Of a DNA stretch of 64,000 bases, positions 10,372 through 19,873 are shown piece by piece (positions within the stretch are counted from its first letter, which is position 1; each line of letters starts with the position of its first letter). Made by a program: the position numbers and the translations under genes. This stretch comes from an uncultured Chloroflexia bacterium (GTDB lineage Bacteria > Chloroflexota > Limnocylindria > Limnocylindrales > CSP1-4): contig OY970218.1 in the NCBI GenBank assembly GCA_963713975.1, positions 3,424,001 to 3,488,000 on the forward strand, written 5' to 3'. The notes under the pieces were generated by a model that had not been told where the DNA came from, searched no databases, and saw nothing but the letters and a program-made list of their open reading frames with translations.

Positions 10372-12392
10372 GCGGCCCGACCGGTCGGCCTGGCGGTGCT
10401 CCCAGCGGCGCCGGCGGTGGCACGGGCAGGCCCGGCAGTCGTCCGCCGGGCGGGCCGGGGCCCGGGGGCGGGCCGCCCCACATGGGGATGATGATGCCCA
10501 CGGCGAAGGCGCGGAGCTTCCGCGTCTCGTTCGGGCGGCTGATGCGTGAGCTCGGACCCGAGCGGCCCCTGGTGGCGATCGTGGTCGTGCTGGGCGTCAT
10601 CAGCGTCTTCCTCGCGATCATCGGCCCCAAGATCCTGGGCGAGGCCACCAACGTCATCTTCAACGGCGTCGTGGGCGAGCAGCTGGGCGCGATGGGATAC
10701 GCCGGCGTGCCCAAGGACCAGATCGTCGCCGGATTGCAGGCACAGGGGCAGACGAACTTCGCCGACATGCTCGCGAGCATGAACGTGATCCCCGGCGTGG
10801 GCATCGACTTCACGCTCCTCGCCCAGATCCTCCTGCTGGCCGCGGGGGTCTACATCCTGAGCTCGATCTTCTCGTGGGCGCAGGCATGGATCATGGCCGG
10901 CGTCACCCAGCGAACCGTGTACCGGCTCCGGGAGCGCGTCGACCTCAAGCTCGGCCGCCTCCCGCTCGCCTACTTCGACCGGGAGTCCCGCGGCGACATC
11001 CTGTCGCGCGTCACCAACGACATCGACAACATCAGTCAGACGCTCCAGCAGAGCCTGACCCAGCTGATCACGGCGGCGCTCACCGTGGTGGGCGTCCTGA
11101 TCATGATGCTGACGATCAGCCCGCTCCTGGCCGTGATCTCGCTGCTAGCGGTGCCGGCCTCAATCCTCGTGACCGTGCTCATCGCGAAGCGGTCCCAGGT
11201 CCAGTTCGCGGCCCAGTGGGACCGGACCGGAGCCCTCACCGGCCACGTCGAGGAGATGCATACCGGACATTCCATCGTGAAGCTGTTCGGCCGGCAGGAA
11301 GAGGCCATCGCGGACTTCGACGCGCTCAACGAGGAGCTCTACCAGGCGAGCTACCGGGCGCAGTTCCTGTCCGGGATGATCCAGCCGGCCATGAGCTTCA
11401 TCTCGAACCTCAACTATGTGGCCATCGCCGTCATCGGCGGGGTGCAGGTCGCCAACGGGCAGATGAGCCTCGGGGACGTGCAGGCGTTCATCCAGTACTC
11501 GCGCCAGTTCACCTTCCCGATCATCCAGGTCGCCTCGATCATCAACGTGCTCCAGAGCGCGGTCGCCTCCGCGGAGCGCGTGTTCGAGCTGCTCGACGAG
11601 CCGGAGGAGATCCCGGATCCGGTGACGCCGCGGGTGCTCCAGGAGCCGGCCACGGGCCGCGTGACCTTCGAGGGCATCGCCTTCCGCTACCTGCCCGACA
11701 AGCCGCTCATCGACGACCTGTCGCTCGTGGTGGAGCCCGGACAGACGGTGGCGATTGTGGGACCGACCGGTGCCGGCAAGACCACCCTGGTCAACCTGCT
11801 GATGCGGTTCTACGACGTGGATGGTGGGCGGATCACCGTGGATGGCATCGAGACACGGGAGCTGACGCGGGACAACCTGCGCCGGACGTTCGGCATGGTC
11901 CTCCAGGACGCGTGGCTGTTCAACGGCACCATCCGCGAGAACATCGAGTACGGCGCCGAGTCGTCCGTCCCCGAGGCCGCCTTCCACGAGGCGGTCGACG
12001 CGGCCCACGTGGACCACTTCGTCCGTACGCTGCCCGACGGCTACGAGACCGTGCTCGACGACGACGCGACGAACGTCTCCGCGGGCGAGAAGCAGCTGCT
12101 CACCATCGCCCGTGCCTTCCTCGCCGACCCGCCGATCCTGATCCTGGACGAGGCGACCTCTTCCGTGGACACGCGGACCGAGGTGCTCATCCAGCGCGCG
12201 ATGGCCCGGCTGATGCGCGGCCGGACGTCGTTCGTGATCGCGCACCGCCTGTCCACGATCCGCGATGCTGACCTGATCCTCGTCATGGACGAGGGCACGA
12301 TCGTGGAGCAGGGCACGCACGAGGAGCTGCTGGCGGCCAACGGCTTCTACCACGAGCTCTACGCGAGCCAGTTCGAGGAGGCCGTGGCCTAA
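10368..12392 (+). CDS. Heterodimeric multidrug ABC exporter subunit 2 (TMD+NBD)
   Basis: GPTGAGKT, VSAGEKQL, ILDEATSS, IAHRLST; ATGA overlap with subunit 1. Confidence 0.93.
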   Translation: MSGPTGRPGGAPSGAGGGTGRPGSRPPGGPGPGGGPPHMGMMMPTAKARSFRVSFGRLMRELGPERPLVAIVVVLGVISVFLAIIGPKILGEATNVIFNGVVGEQLGAMGYAGVPKDQIVAGLQAQGQTNFADMLASMNVIPGVGIDFTLLAQILLLAAGVYILSSIFSWAQAWIMAGVTQRTVYRLRERVDLKLGRLPLAYFDRESRGDILSRVTNDIDNISQTLQQSLTQLITAALTVVGVLIMMLTISPLLAVISLLAVPASILVTVLIAKRSQVQFAAQWDRTGALTGHVEEMHTGHSIVKLFGRQEEAIADFDALNEELYQASYRAQFLSGMIQPAMSFISNLNYVAIAVIGGVQVANGQMSLGDVQAFIQYSRQFTFPIIQVASIINVLQSAVASAERVFELLDEPEEIPDPVTPRVLQEPATGRVTFEGIAFRYLPDKPLIDDLSLVVEPGQTVAIVGPTGAGKTTLVNLLMRFYDVDGGRITVDGIETRELTRDNLRRTFGMVLQDAWLFNGTIRENIEYGAESSVPEAAFHEAVDAAHVDHFVRTLPDGYETVLDDDATNVSAGEKQLLTIARAFLADPPILILDEATSSVDTRTEVLIQRAMARLMRGRTSFVIAHRLSTIRDADLILVMDEGTIVEQGTHEELLAANGFYHELYASQFEEAVA

Positions 12393-12569
12393 GGTGCGGC
12401 GTTCCCGGTGACCGCCGGTCGGGCCCGGCGACCCGCTCCATCGGGCGCAGCGGCCCTGTCTCGCCCCGCTTGAACGCACGCACGATCGGGACGTCGCGTT
12501 CGACCGGCCGCGAGGCCGGCGCATCGGAATGCCCCGCGGCACCGAACCACGCGACCGCAGGGGACCCGC

Positions 12570-13475
12570 ATGACCAACCTCGTGATCGAGGCCGCCGGCC
12601 TCACCAAGTTCTACGGCTCCCGCAGGGGCGTCGAGGACGTAGCGTTCGATGTCGCGGAGGGCGAGGCCTTCGGCTTCCTGGGTCCCAACGGCGCCGGCAA
12701 GACGACCACGATCCGCCTCCTTCTGGGGTTCCTGCGCGCAACGGGCGGCACGGCGAGGCTCTTCGGCGAGGGTGCGTTCACGAACGCCGCGCGCCTGCAC
12801 CGGAACGTGGCCTACCTGGGCAGCGATCCCGGGTTCCTCGGCGAGCTCACGAGTGCTCAACAGCTGGACTACCTCGCGGAGCTCCGCGGACTTCCCCGCG
12901 GATGCTGGAAGCAGCTCGCGGAGCGCCTGGAGCTGGATCCTGCCGTCCGCATCCGCAAGCTCAGCCGGGGCAATCGCCAGAAGATCGGCGTGGTGGCGGC
13001 GTTCATGGGCCGGGAGCCCCTGATCATCCTGGACGAGCCCACCAGCGGCCTCGATCCCCTCATGCAGCGCGAGTTCCTCGCCCTGCTCGCCGAGGTGCGC
13101 GAGACCGGGCGCACCGTCTTCCTGTCGAGCCACAACCTGGTGGAGGTGGAGCGGGCCTGCGACCGGGTGGCGATCATCCGGGACGGCCGGATCGCGGAGA
13201 TCAGCAACGTCGCCGAGCTCCTCGGTTCGCACTGGCGCTCGATCAACCTGGTCCTCGCCTCACCCGCCACGCCTGCCGATTTCGACCTTCCGAACGTCGA
13301 GGTCGCCGCCCTCACCGGCCGCGAGGTGCACCTCATGGTCCGCGGCGACATCAACCCGCTGCTCACGCGGATCGCCGCCCACCGGGTGACCGACATCGCG
13401 ATCACCACGCCGGACGTGGAGGATCTCTTCCTCCGCCAGTACCGCGCCGATGCCTCCGAGGAGGTGCGGGCATGA
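12570..13475 (+). CDS. ABC-2 type exporter ATP-binding protein
   Basis: GPNGAGKT, LSRGNRQK, ILDEPTSGLD, SSH. Confidence 0.92.
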   Translation: MTNLVIEAAGLTKFYGSRRGVEDVAFDVAEGEAFGFLGPNGAGKTTTIRLLLGFLRATGGTARLFGEGAFTNAARLHRNVAYLGSDPGFLGELTSAQQLDYLAELRGLPRGCWKQLAERLELDPAVRIRKLSRGNRQKIGVVAAFMGREPLIILDEPTSGLDPLMQREFLALLAEVRETGRTVFLSSHNLVEVERACDRVAIIRDGRIAEISNVAELLGSHWRSINLVLASPATPADFDLPNVEVAALTGREVHLMVRGDINPLLTRIAAHRVTDIAITTPDVEDLFLRQYRADASEEVRA

Positions 13476-14266
13476 CCGCGTTCCGGATGGAGCTGCGACG
13501 CAATCGGTCACTCATGCTCTGGCTTGGCGTGACCATGGCGGCATACGGCGCCGTGATGGCCGCCATGTATCCGGTGATGGTCGAGAACGACAAGCTGTTC
13601 ACGGACTACATGGAGACGTTCCCGCAGGAGTTCCTCGCGGCCTTCGGCATGACGGGCTCGCTGTCCGACCCGGGCGTCTTCTACACCACCTACATCTCGT
13701 CCTGGCTGTGGCCGATCATGGCCGCCGTCGTTGCCCTCATGATCGGGACACGGGTGGCGGTTGACCTGGACCGCGGCTTCCTCGACCTGCCGCTGGCCAC
13801 GCCGATCTCGCGCGTCAGCTACCTCGCGGCCTCGATCGCTGGCCAGGCCATCGCGATGGCGGCGCTCGCCGTGGCGACCGTCGGCGGGCTGTGGGTCATG
13901 GGACAGCTCGTGGGAGCCGGGTTCGATGCCGGCCGCTTCGCCCTCGCCGGGGTGCTGTCGTGGCTGTTCGGGTGCGCGATCGCCGGGGTCACCACGCTGC
14001 TGGCAGTGCTGACGCTCAGCCGCGGGCGGGCGTCGGGGATCGTCGCCGGCATCCTGGTCGCGATGTACCTCGTGTTCGTCGTCACGCAGATCAGCACGGA
14101 CCTGGTCTGGCTTGCCCCGCTGTCCGCGTGGGACCACTTCCGGACCACGGAGCTGATCGACCAGGGCACCCTGCCGCTGGGCGACATCGGGCTGTTCATC
14201 GTGGTCGGGTTGGCGGGATGGATCGGGGCAGTGGTGGCGTTCCGCAGGAGGGACCTCGCCGCCTGA
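13472..14266 (+). CDS. ABC-2 type exporter permease
   Basis: About six TMs, DRGFLDLPLATPISR motif, C-terminal FRRRDL. Confidence 0.88.
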   Translation: MTAFRMELRRNRSLMLWLGVTMAAYGAVMAAMYPVMVENDKLFTDYMETFPQEFLAAFGMTGSLSDPGVFYTTYISSWLWPIMAAVVALMIGTRVAVDLDRGFLDLPLATPISRVSYLAASIAGQAIAMAALAVATVGGLWVMGQLVGAGFDAGRFALAGVLSWLFGCAIAGVTTLLAVLTLSRGRASGIVAGILVAMYLVFVVTQISTDLVWLAPLSAWDHFRTTELIDQGTLPLGDIGLFIVVGLAGWIGAVVAFRRRDLAA

Positions 14267-14289
14267 CGGACGGGCGCTACCTGGGGGGC

Positions 14290-16281
14290 TCAGCCGGCGA
14301 GGGCAGCCTCGATCACGGACAGGATCCCGTCGCCGTACTTGTCGAGCTTGGCCGGTCCCATGCCCTTCACACGGCGCAGGCCGGCCATGGTCCGCGGCCG
14401 GGTCTCCGCGATCGCGAGCAGCGTGGCGTCGTGGGCAACGACGTAGGGTGGCACCTGCTCCCTGCGGGCGATCTCCAGCCGCCAGGCCCGGAGCGCCTCG
14501 AACACGGGGTCGTCCGAATCGCTGCGACGACGGACTCGCTCGACCGCGGGCGGGCCCGCGAGGGTCGTGATCGTCGTCCCCGGACGCGGTCGCAGGTCAA
14601 GCAGGAAGCGGCTTGGCTGCCGGCGGCCGTCGCGTCCGCGGTTCTCGCGCCGTTCCGCCCACGACAGGGCGAGATGCTCGCGGGCCCGGGTGATCCCCAC
14701 GTAGAGGAGACGACGCTCCTCGGCCACCGCGGCCTCATCGTCCTTCGCCTGGCGGATGGGCAGGATCCCCTCCTCCAGCGATGGCAGGAAGACCGCATCC
14801 CACTCAAGACCCTTGGCGCGGTGATACGTGAGCAGGTTGACGCCGTCGGCCGAGCCCTCCCGCTCGTGGGCGGCGCGCCTCTCGAGCTCGGCGACGATCG
14901 CCGCGGCATCGACCGTGAGGCCGCCCTCGGATACCGCGTCGACGATCGCGAGCAGCGTTTCCAGCGATGCCTGGCGCTCGCGGGCCTCATCCCCGTCGGG
15001 AGCCCCGTCCTCCTCGTACCCCACCACCTGCGTCCAGCGTTCCCGGACCGCGGCGGGGAGGTCCGGTCCCATGGCCGCGATGGCCGGCCGCCGCAGGCTC
15101 GCGACCGCCGAGCGAACCTCGGGCCGGTCGTAGAACCGCATGCCGCGCACCTGGTAGGCGATGCCGGCGCGCGTCAGCGCCTCCTCGATCGGCGCCAGCT
15201 GGGCGTTCATCCTGACGAGGACGGCGACCTCCGCGGGTGCGGTCCCCCCCGCAATCCGGTCACGGATACCCGCCACCAGGGACTCGAGCTCGGCGGCGGC
15301 CGTCCGGTGCCGCCCGATCGTGGGGACGGGGCCGTCGCCGCGGGTCGGGACCAGGCGTTTGGTGCGGCCGTCGGCGGCGATCAGCCGGTTGGCGAGGTCG
15401 AGCACCTGCGGCGTGGAGCGGTAGTTGCGGACCAGCGAGATGGCGGTTGCACCCGACCAGCGATCCGCGAACGAGGTCAGGAACGCCGACGAGGCACCGG
15501 TGAACGCGTAGATCGTCTGGTCTTCGTCCCCTACCACGCACAGGTCCCGACGGTCCCCCACCCACAGCTCCAGCAGCCGCTCCTGGAGGGGGTTCGTGTC
15601 CTGGTACTCGTCCACGCTGAACCAGCGCTTGCGGGCGCGGATGGTCTCCGCCGCCTCCTCGTCCGTCTCGAGCAGGGCAACCGTCTCGAGCAGGAGGTCA
15701 TCGAAGTCGATCCGGTTGGCCTTGGCCTTCGCGCGCTCGTAGCCGTCGTAGATGTGGACGAAGAGGTCGACCGGGATCGGGGGCTCCCGGTCCGTGGCCT
15801 TGCGTCCGTACTGGCCGGGCAGGATACGCCGGGACTTCGCCCACTCGATCTCGTCCGCCAGGTCCTTCGCTGGGGTGAACCGGTAGTGGCCGGGGAGCTG
15901 GCGGGCGAGCCGGCCGAGGATCGGCGTCTTGGAGTCCAGGAGGACCGGCAGCGGTTCGCCGTCGTGGCGCAGCGGCCAGAAGAAGCGGAGCTGGGAGAGG
16001 GCGTGGGCGTGGAACGTACGCGCCGTGACCCCCCGGAGACCGAGGTCCCTCAGTCGTCCAACCATCTCGCCGGCTGCCTTGTCCGTGAACGTCACGACCA
16101 GCACCTCGTCCGCCGGGACGACGGCGGTGGCGATCGCATACGCCGTCCGGCGGCTGATCACGCGCGTCTTGCCGCTGCCGGCACCCGCGAGGATCGCGAC
16201 CGGGCCGCTCGTCGCGAGCACCGCCTCGCGCTGCTCCGGGTCAAGGTCGGCGAGAAGGGCGTCGGGATCGAGAGATGGCAC
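14290..16281 (-). CDS. uvrD2: UvrD2-like ATP-dependent DNA helicase with C-terminal HRDC domain
   Basis: AGAGSGKT, VDEYQD, VGDEDQTIY, TYHRAKGLEW, ERRLLYVGITRA; HRDC (LRAWR..PPYVV..DATL..KGMGPAKLDKYG). Confidence 0.88.
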   Translation of the reverse strand: MPSLDPDALLADLDPEQREAVLATSGPVAILAGAGSGKTRVISRRTAYAIATAVVPADEVLVVTFTDKAAGEMVGRLRDLGLRGVTARTFHAHALSQLRFFWPLRHDGEPLPVLLDSKTPILGRLARQLPGHYRFTPAKDLADEIEWAKSRRILPGQYGRKATDREPPIPVDLFVHIYDGYERAKAKANRIDFDDLLLETVALLETDEEAAETIRARKRWFSVDEYQDTNPLQERLLELWVGDRRDLCVVGDEDQTIYAFTGASSAFLTSFADRWSGATAISLVRNYRSTPQVLDLANRLIAADGRTKRLVPTRGDGPVPTIGRHRTAAAELESLVAGIRDRIAGGTAPAEVAVLVRMNAQLAPIEEALTRAGIAYQVRGMRFYDRPEVRSAVASLRRPAIAAMGPDLPAAVRERWTQVVGYEEDGAPDGDEARERQASLETLLAIVDAVSEGGLTVDAAAIVAELERRAAHEREGSADGVNLLTYHRAKGLEWDAVFLPSLEEGILPIRQAKDDEAAVAEERRLLYVGITRAREHLALSWAERRENRGRDGRRQPSRFLLDLRPRPGTTITTLAGPPAVERVRRRSDSDDPVFEALRAWRLEIARREQVPPYVVAHDATLLAIAETRPRTMAGLRRVKGMGPAKLDKYGDGILSVIEAALAG

Positions 16282-16315
16282 AAGATGAGGCTAGCAGGGC
16301 CGGCTTGCCCGCGGC

Positions 16316-17533
16316 TCACCCCTCTGCGATCGCCAGGCGCGCCGCCCTCCCGAGCCAGTCGACCACATCGGCGTCGTGATGACGGCGCTCGACGGGCTCG
16401 ATCCCATCCACGAACGCCTGGTAGATCAGGGCCTGGCGGGCAGCGGCGAGGGGGGCAAGGATCACTGCCGCGCGGTCCGGATCCGAACCCGGCACGCGGG
16501 CGCGCCACTCGTCCAGCCAGCGTCCGCGGACCGCCGGCACGGCATCGGCCGGGATGCGGTCCAGGAACGCTTCCAGGTCGAGGAGCGGGTGGCCCACGCC
16601 GCAGTCGCCCCAATCGAGCAGCGTCAGTGACCCGGGACGCCCGCGGACGTTGCCGGGGTGGGCATCGCCGTGGACGAGCGTGTCCGGGATCCCCGTGCCG
16701 GCAAGGGCGGCCAGTCGCGCCGCGAGCCCTTCCACGAGCCGGTCGAGCCCCACCCGATCGCCGTCGGACAGGTCATCGCCACGTCGCCCGGCCAGGGTCC
16801 GGATCGCCTGGGCGAGCGCCGGGCCGCGCCAGTCCGGGAGCCGCATCGCCAGCAGGTCGTCGGCGCGGTCCAGCCACTCCGCCTGGATGGCCACGAGGAG
16901 CGACAGCATCTCGAGCAGCTCGGGGAGTGCCGCGTCGTACCGGTCCTCGCCTGGGATCCCGGCCATCAGGATGCGGTCCCCATCGTGACCCAGCAGGTGC
17001 GGCACGGGACCGTCCTGGAGGCGGCGGAGGATGTCGCCCTCATGGGCAAAGAACGGCGGGACCACCTTGAGCCACGCCGATCCGTCACGAAGCGGCAGCT
17101 CCCAGATGCTCGAGAGGTTCCAGGTGCGCACCTGGCGTGCCGGACCGACTCGCTCGAGTCTCCGACGGCACAGGGTCTCCTCGGCCCAGGCGAGATCCAG
17201 TCCCGGGCCACCGGGCCGCGCCCACCTGGGGCGGAGCGGCTCATCATGAAGTGCCGGGGGGCCCGGCTGGAGCAGGTCCGCCGTTGCCGGAGCCAGCAGA
17301 CCTTCAACCTCGGCGAGATAGGTCACGCCGCCACCGTGCGGCCGCGGAAGCTCCGAATCCAGCAGCCGGATCAAGGTGATCTCGATGTCGAACGTGGCGC
17401 GGGCGGCCTCGACGACCGGAGCCGCGTCATGCCACCACGGCGTCTCGACCGCGAGCTCCGGGAGGCAGCCCAGGAGGTCCCCGTCGGGCGTCGACAGGAC
17501 GAGGGTGGCGCGGCGGGGCGGGATCGGGGCCAT
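16316..17533 (-). CDS. Aminoglycoside phosphotransferase (APH)-family kinase
   Basis: WLKVV, HGDAHPGN, LLDWGD motifs; start MAPIPP. Confidence 0.8.
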   Translation of the reverse strand: MAPIPPRRATLVLSTPDGDLLGCLPELAVETPWWHDAAPVVEAARATFDIEITLIRLLDSELPRPHGGGVTYLAEVEGLLAPATADLLQPGPPALHDEPLRPRWARPGGPGLDLAWAEETLCRRRLERVGPARQVRTWNLSSIWELPLRDGSAWLKVVPPFFAHEGDILRRLQDGPVPHLLGHDGDRILMAGIPGEDRYDAALPELLEMLSLLVAIQAEWLDRADDLLAMRLPDWRGPALAQAIRTLAGRRGDDLSDGDRVGLDRLVEGLAARLAALAGTGIPDTLVHGDAHPGNVRGRPGSLTLLDWGDCGVGHPLLDLEAFLDRIPADAVPAVRGRWLDEWRARVPGSDPDRAAVILAPLAAARQALIYQAFVDGIEPVERRHHDADVVDWLGRAARLAIAEG

Positions 17534-17606
17534 GGGCGCGAACCGTAGCGGGTCCGGGGGTCCGTTGTCAGGATCCCGGCATGGTGCCCTGTCCGCGGCG
17601 GCGCAA

Positions 17607-17744
17607 GGCGGCGTTCCGCGGCGAGCGTTCGGCGGCGTTCCGCGGCGCACTCCTCGGCGGGCGGTTCGTGCCGCGCAGTCCTCGGCGAGCGTTCGGCGGC
17701 GTTCCGCGGCGAGCGTTCGGCGGGCGGTTCGTGCCGCGCAGTCC
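17607..17744. repeat. Composite GC-rich tandem repeat
   Basis: GGCGGCGTTCCGCGGCG x3 and GGCGGGCGGTTCGTGCCGCGCAGTCC x2. Confidence 0.8.
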
Positions 17745-17992
17745 AAGGGCGACTATTCGTCACCTCATGGGCGCCCTTGGACCGGATTCGGGCGACAAGG
17801 AGTCGTGAACGCGAGGTTTCGTCAGGCAGATGCCCGGTTGCGGCTGTCCAGCGCTGACGAACATCCGTACTTTGACCACCTGACCGGGACCGGCGTAGGC
17901 GCGCGGGCCGCTAGCGAGTGCCCGCAGGTGAAGCAGTCCAACGGGACGCTCCGGCGGCCCCGTCTCCGCTCCGGTGCGCCTGCCCTCGTGCC

Positions 17993-18535
17993 CTACTGCC
18001 CGACGTTCGCCCAGTAGCGCCGAAGCTGGGTGTCGGACTCCTCTTCGGCTCGGGCGAGGTCGTCGCGGCAGGCGTCCAGCCAGGTCGAGCTTGCCAGCGA
18101 CCAGGCCAGCACGAACGGGGGCAGGCCGAAGACCACCCACGCCGCCGCAAGGGCCGGGTTCTGGTCCGTCAGGTGTGGCCAGATGAGGAGGCCAAGCGCG
18201 AGCAACAGGCCCACCGGCACCCAGCCGGCCACGAGCAGGCCCAGCGATGCGTCGTCGCTGTCGATCTCCCTGGCCCGTTCCCAGGCTCGCTCGCGCGCCT
18301 CGAGCGCGGGGCGCCCACCCAGGCGCCGGGAGATCCGCACGACAGCCGCGTAGGCCACCAGCACGACGACCGCCAGACCCCCGATGCCGTCCCTGACAGC
18401 CACCTCGGGCTTCGCGGCCACGGGCCACAGCGCCAGCAGGGCGAGGGCCGCCACCAGCGCAAGGCCCCGGCCCATCACGCCGACGAGGGCCAAGCGCACG
18501 GGTGCCTCAACCTGTGACCGCGGATCCAGGCTCAT
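17993..18535 (-). CDS. Hypothetical membrane protein (about 4 TM)
   Basis: 180 aa ORF with four hydrophobic segments. Confidence 0.6.
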   Translation of the reverse strand: MSLDPRSQVEAPVRLALVGVMGRGLALVAALALLALWPVAAKPEVAVRDGIGGLAVVVLVAYAAVVRISRRLGGRPALEARERAWERAREIDSDDASLGLLVAGWVPVGLLLALGLLIWPHLTDQNPALAAAWVVFGLPPFVLAWSLASSTWLDACRDDLARAEEESDTQLRRYWANVGQ

Positions 18536-18631
18536 GCCGGGAGTGTCGGCCTCCGGACCGTCCGCGGACAGGTGCCGATGGTTGCCCTCGAGATGGGGCC
18601 GTGCGGCCCGAAATGGCCGGGTCGGTCCCTG

Positions 18632-18720
18632 GGCCGGTTGCCCGTGCCGGTGCCGGTGGGCCGTGCCGGTGCCGGTTGCCGGTTGCCGGTGGGCCGTGCC
18701 GGTCCCGGTCGCCGGTCGCC
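18632..18720. repeat. Low-complexity tandem repeat abutting R146 copy C
   Basis: Reiterated GCCGGT/GCCGGTT/GCCGTGCCGGT units. Confidence 0.7.
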
Positions 18721-18723
18721 CGT

Positions 18724-18869
18724 ACCCGCCAGCGGTTCAACCATCGGGTGAACTGCCGATCCACCCGACCAGCGGCACGTCTGTCGGCTGTCAGGGCAAC
18801 TCTGGCCGATGGATGTGCCGCCCCGCGGCGCAAACCGAGAAGGACCCGACCGTAGCACCGCCTGGCGGC
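18724..18869 (+). repeat. R146 palindromic repeat copy C (146 bp), downstream flank of HTH-nuclease gene
   Basis: CAGCGGTTCAACCATCGGGTGAACTGCCGATCCACCCGACCAGCGGCACGT...GGATGTGCCGCC...GGCGCAAACC...GACCCGACCGTAG...GCGGC. Confidence 0.9.
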
Positions 18870-18906
18870 TCCAGGGCACCGCGGGCCAACCCGAGCACCG
18901 GAGACC

Positions 18907-19563
18907 TCACAGCACGATGATCCCGCTCGCAGCCGGGATCCTGCCACGACGCAGCGCCCGGGCGATTGCGGCGCCATCGAGAGGAAACTGGGCACGAAGG
19001 GCTTCGCGATGCTCGGCGAGGATCCGCCGGTTGTGCGAAGTGTCGTTGACAGCGAGGATCACCACCCCTGCGTCGGGGTCGTCGCGGGCCTTGAGATCGA
19101 TGCGCCTGGCGAGAGCCTGTGCATCGTGGATGCGTGACTCCCCCTCGATCGAGGCACTGGCCGTGCCGTCACCTACGCGCCCATCCCAGGCGCGCCGGTC
19201 ACCGACGATAGGCAACGGGACCTCGCGGCGCATCCGAAGGGGTGCGTGGAGGAGCATCTCGACGCGAGCAAGCAATGCGAGTTGCGCCGCATCCCGGATG
19301 GGCTCGCCAGACGGGTAGGCCTTGAACGCCGGCTCCATACCGACGGCTCGACATGCCCGGCAGAGCTGCTCGAGCGATGGGTAACGGAGGCTACCGCGCT
19401 CGATGCGTCCGTACTGCGACGCTGACATGCGGGCGCGTGCGGCTGCCAGCCGCTGGCTGATCCCAATGGCTCGACGGGCTTCGCCGATCTCTCGGCAAAG
19501 AGCCGCGCTCAGACGTCGGGCATCGGCTGCCCCGAGATCCCCTGGTCGCTGTCGAGCCGTCAT
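18907..19563 (-). CDS. XRE-type HTH fused to a PD-(D/E)XK-like (DUF559/Vsr-like) domain
   Basis: N-terminal ARRAIGISQRLAAARARMSASQYGRIERG HTH; C-terminal REVPL..RAWDG..SIEGESR restriction-endonuclease-like motif. Confidence 0.7.
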   Translation of the reverse strand: MTARQRPGDLGAADARRLSAALCREIGEARRAIGISQRLAAARARMSASQYGRIERGSLRYPSLEQLCRACRAVGMEPAFKAYPSGEPIRDAAQLALLARVEMLLHAPLRMRREVPLPIVGDRRAWDGRVGDGTASASIEGESRIHDAQALARRIDLKARDDPDAGVVILAVNDTSHNRRILAEHREALRAQFPLDGAAIARALRRGRIPAASGIIVL

Positions 19564-19681
19564 CGACAGCATCCTGAACCCGCACAATTCGCTGAGGCTT
19601 ATCGCCGGCGTCGCGCGGCCTCACGCAGGTCGCCTCGGCGAGCCGGGCAGCGCCGGCGCGTGCCGCCCAGCGCCGACGCGT

Positions 19682-19827
19682 GCCCCCCAGAGGTTCAACC
19701 ATCGGGTGAACTGCCGATCCAACCGACCAGCGGCACGTGTGTCGGCCGTCAGTGCCCTTCCGGCCGATGGATGTACCGCCCACCGGCGCAAACCACGCTG
19801 GACCCGACCGTAGAGCCGCCCAGCGGC
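19682..19827 (+). repeat. R146 palindromic repeat copy D (146 bp), upstream flank of HTH-nuclease gene
   Basis: GGTTCAACCATCGGGTGAACTGCCGATCCAACCGACCAGCGGCACGT...GGCCGATGGATGT...GGCGCAAACC...GACCCGACCGTAG; closest to copy C. Confidence 0.9.
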
Positions 19828-19873
19828 ACACGGGTGGCACGTGGGCGGCCCGCCCCCGCGCCCGCCGGGACCC

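Noticed and set aside
13891-17070. 1059 aa + strand ORF and many similar long overlapping ORFs (e.g. 3772-5901, 11160-13232, 58025-60109)
   Set aside because: Antisense or alternate-frame shadows of motif-bearing genes; stop codons are rare at this GC content and the translations are Arg/Gly/Pro-rich without motifs.
17534-17746. Repetitive N-terminal extension of the APH kinase given by the ORF track
   Set aside because: It is the translation of the intergenic tandem repeat; the ATG at 17533 has a TACGGT box just upstream.
17905-17960. SRP (4.5S) RNA or tRNA-Sec because of CAGG..GAAGCAG
   Set aside because: Lacks the GNRA-capped helix 8 (CAGGTCCGGAAGGAAGCAG) and any T-loop or cloverleaf.
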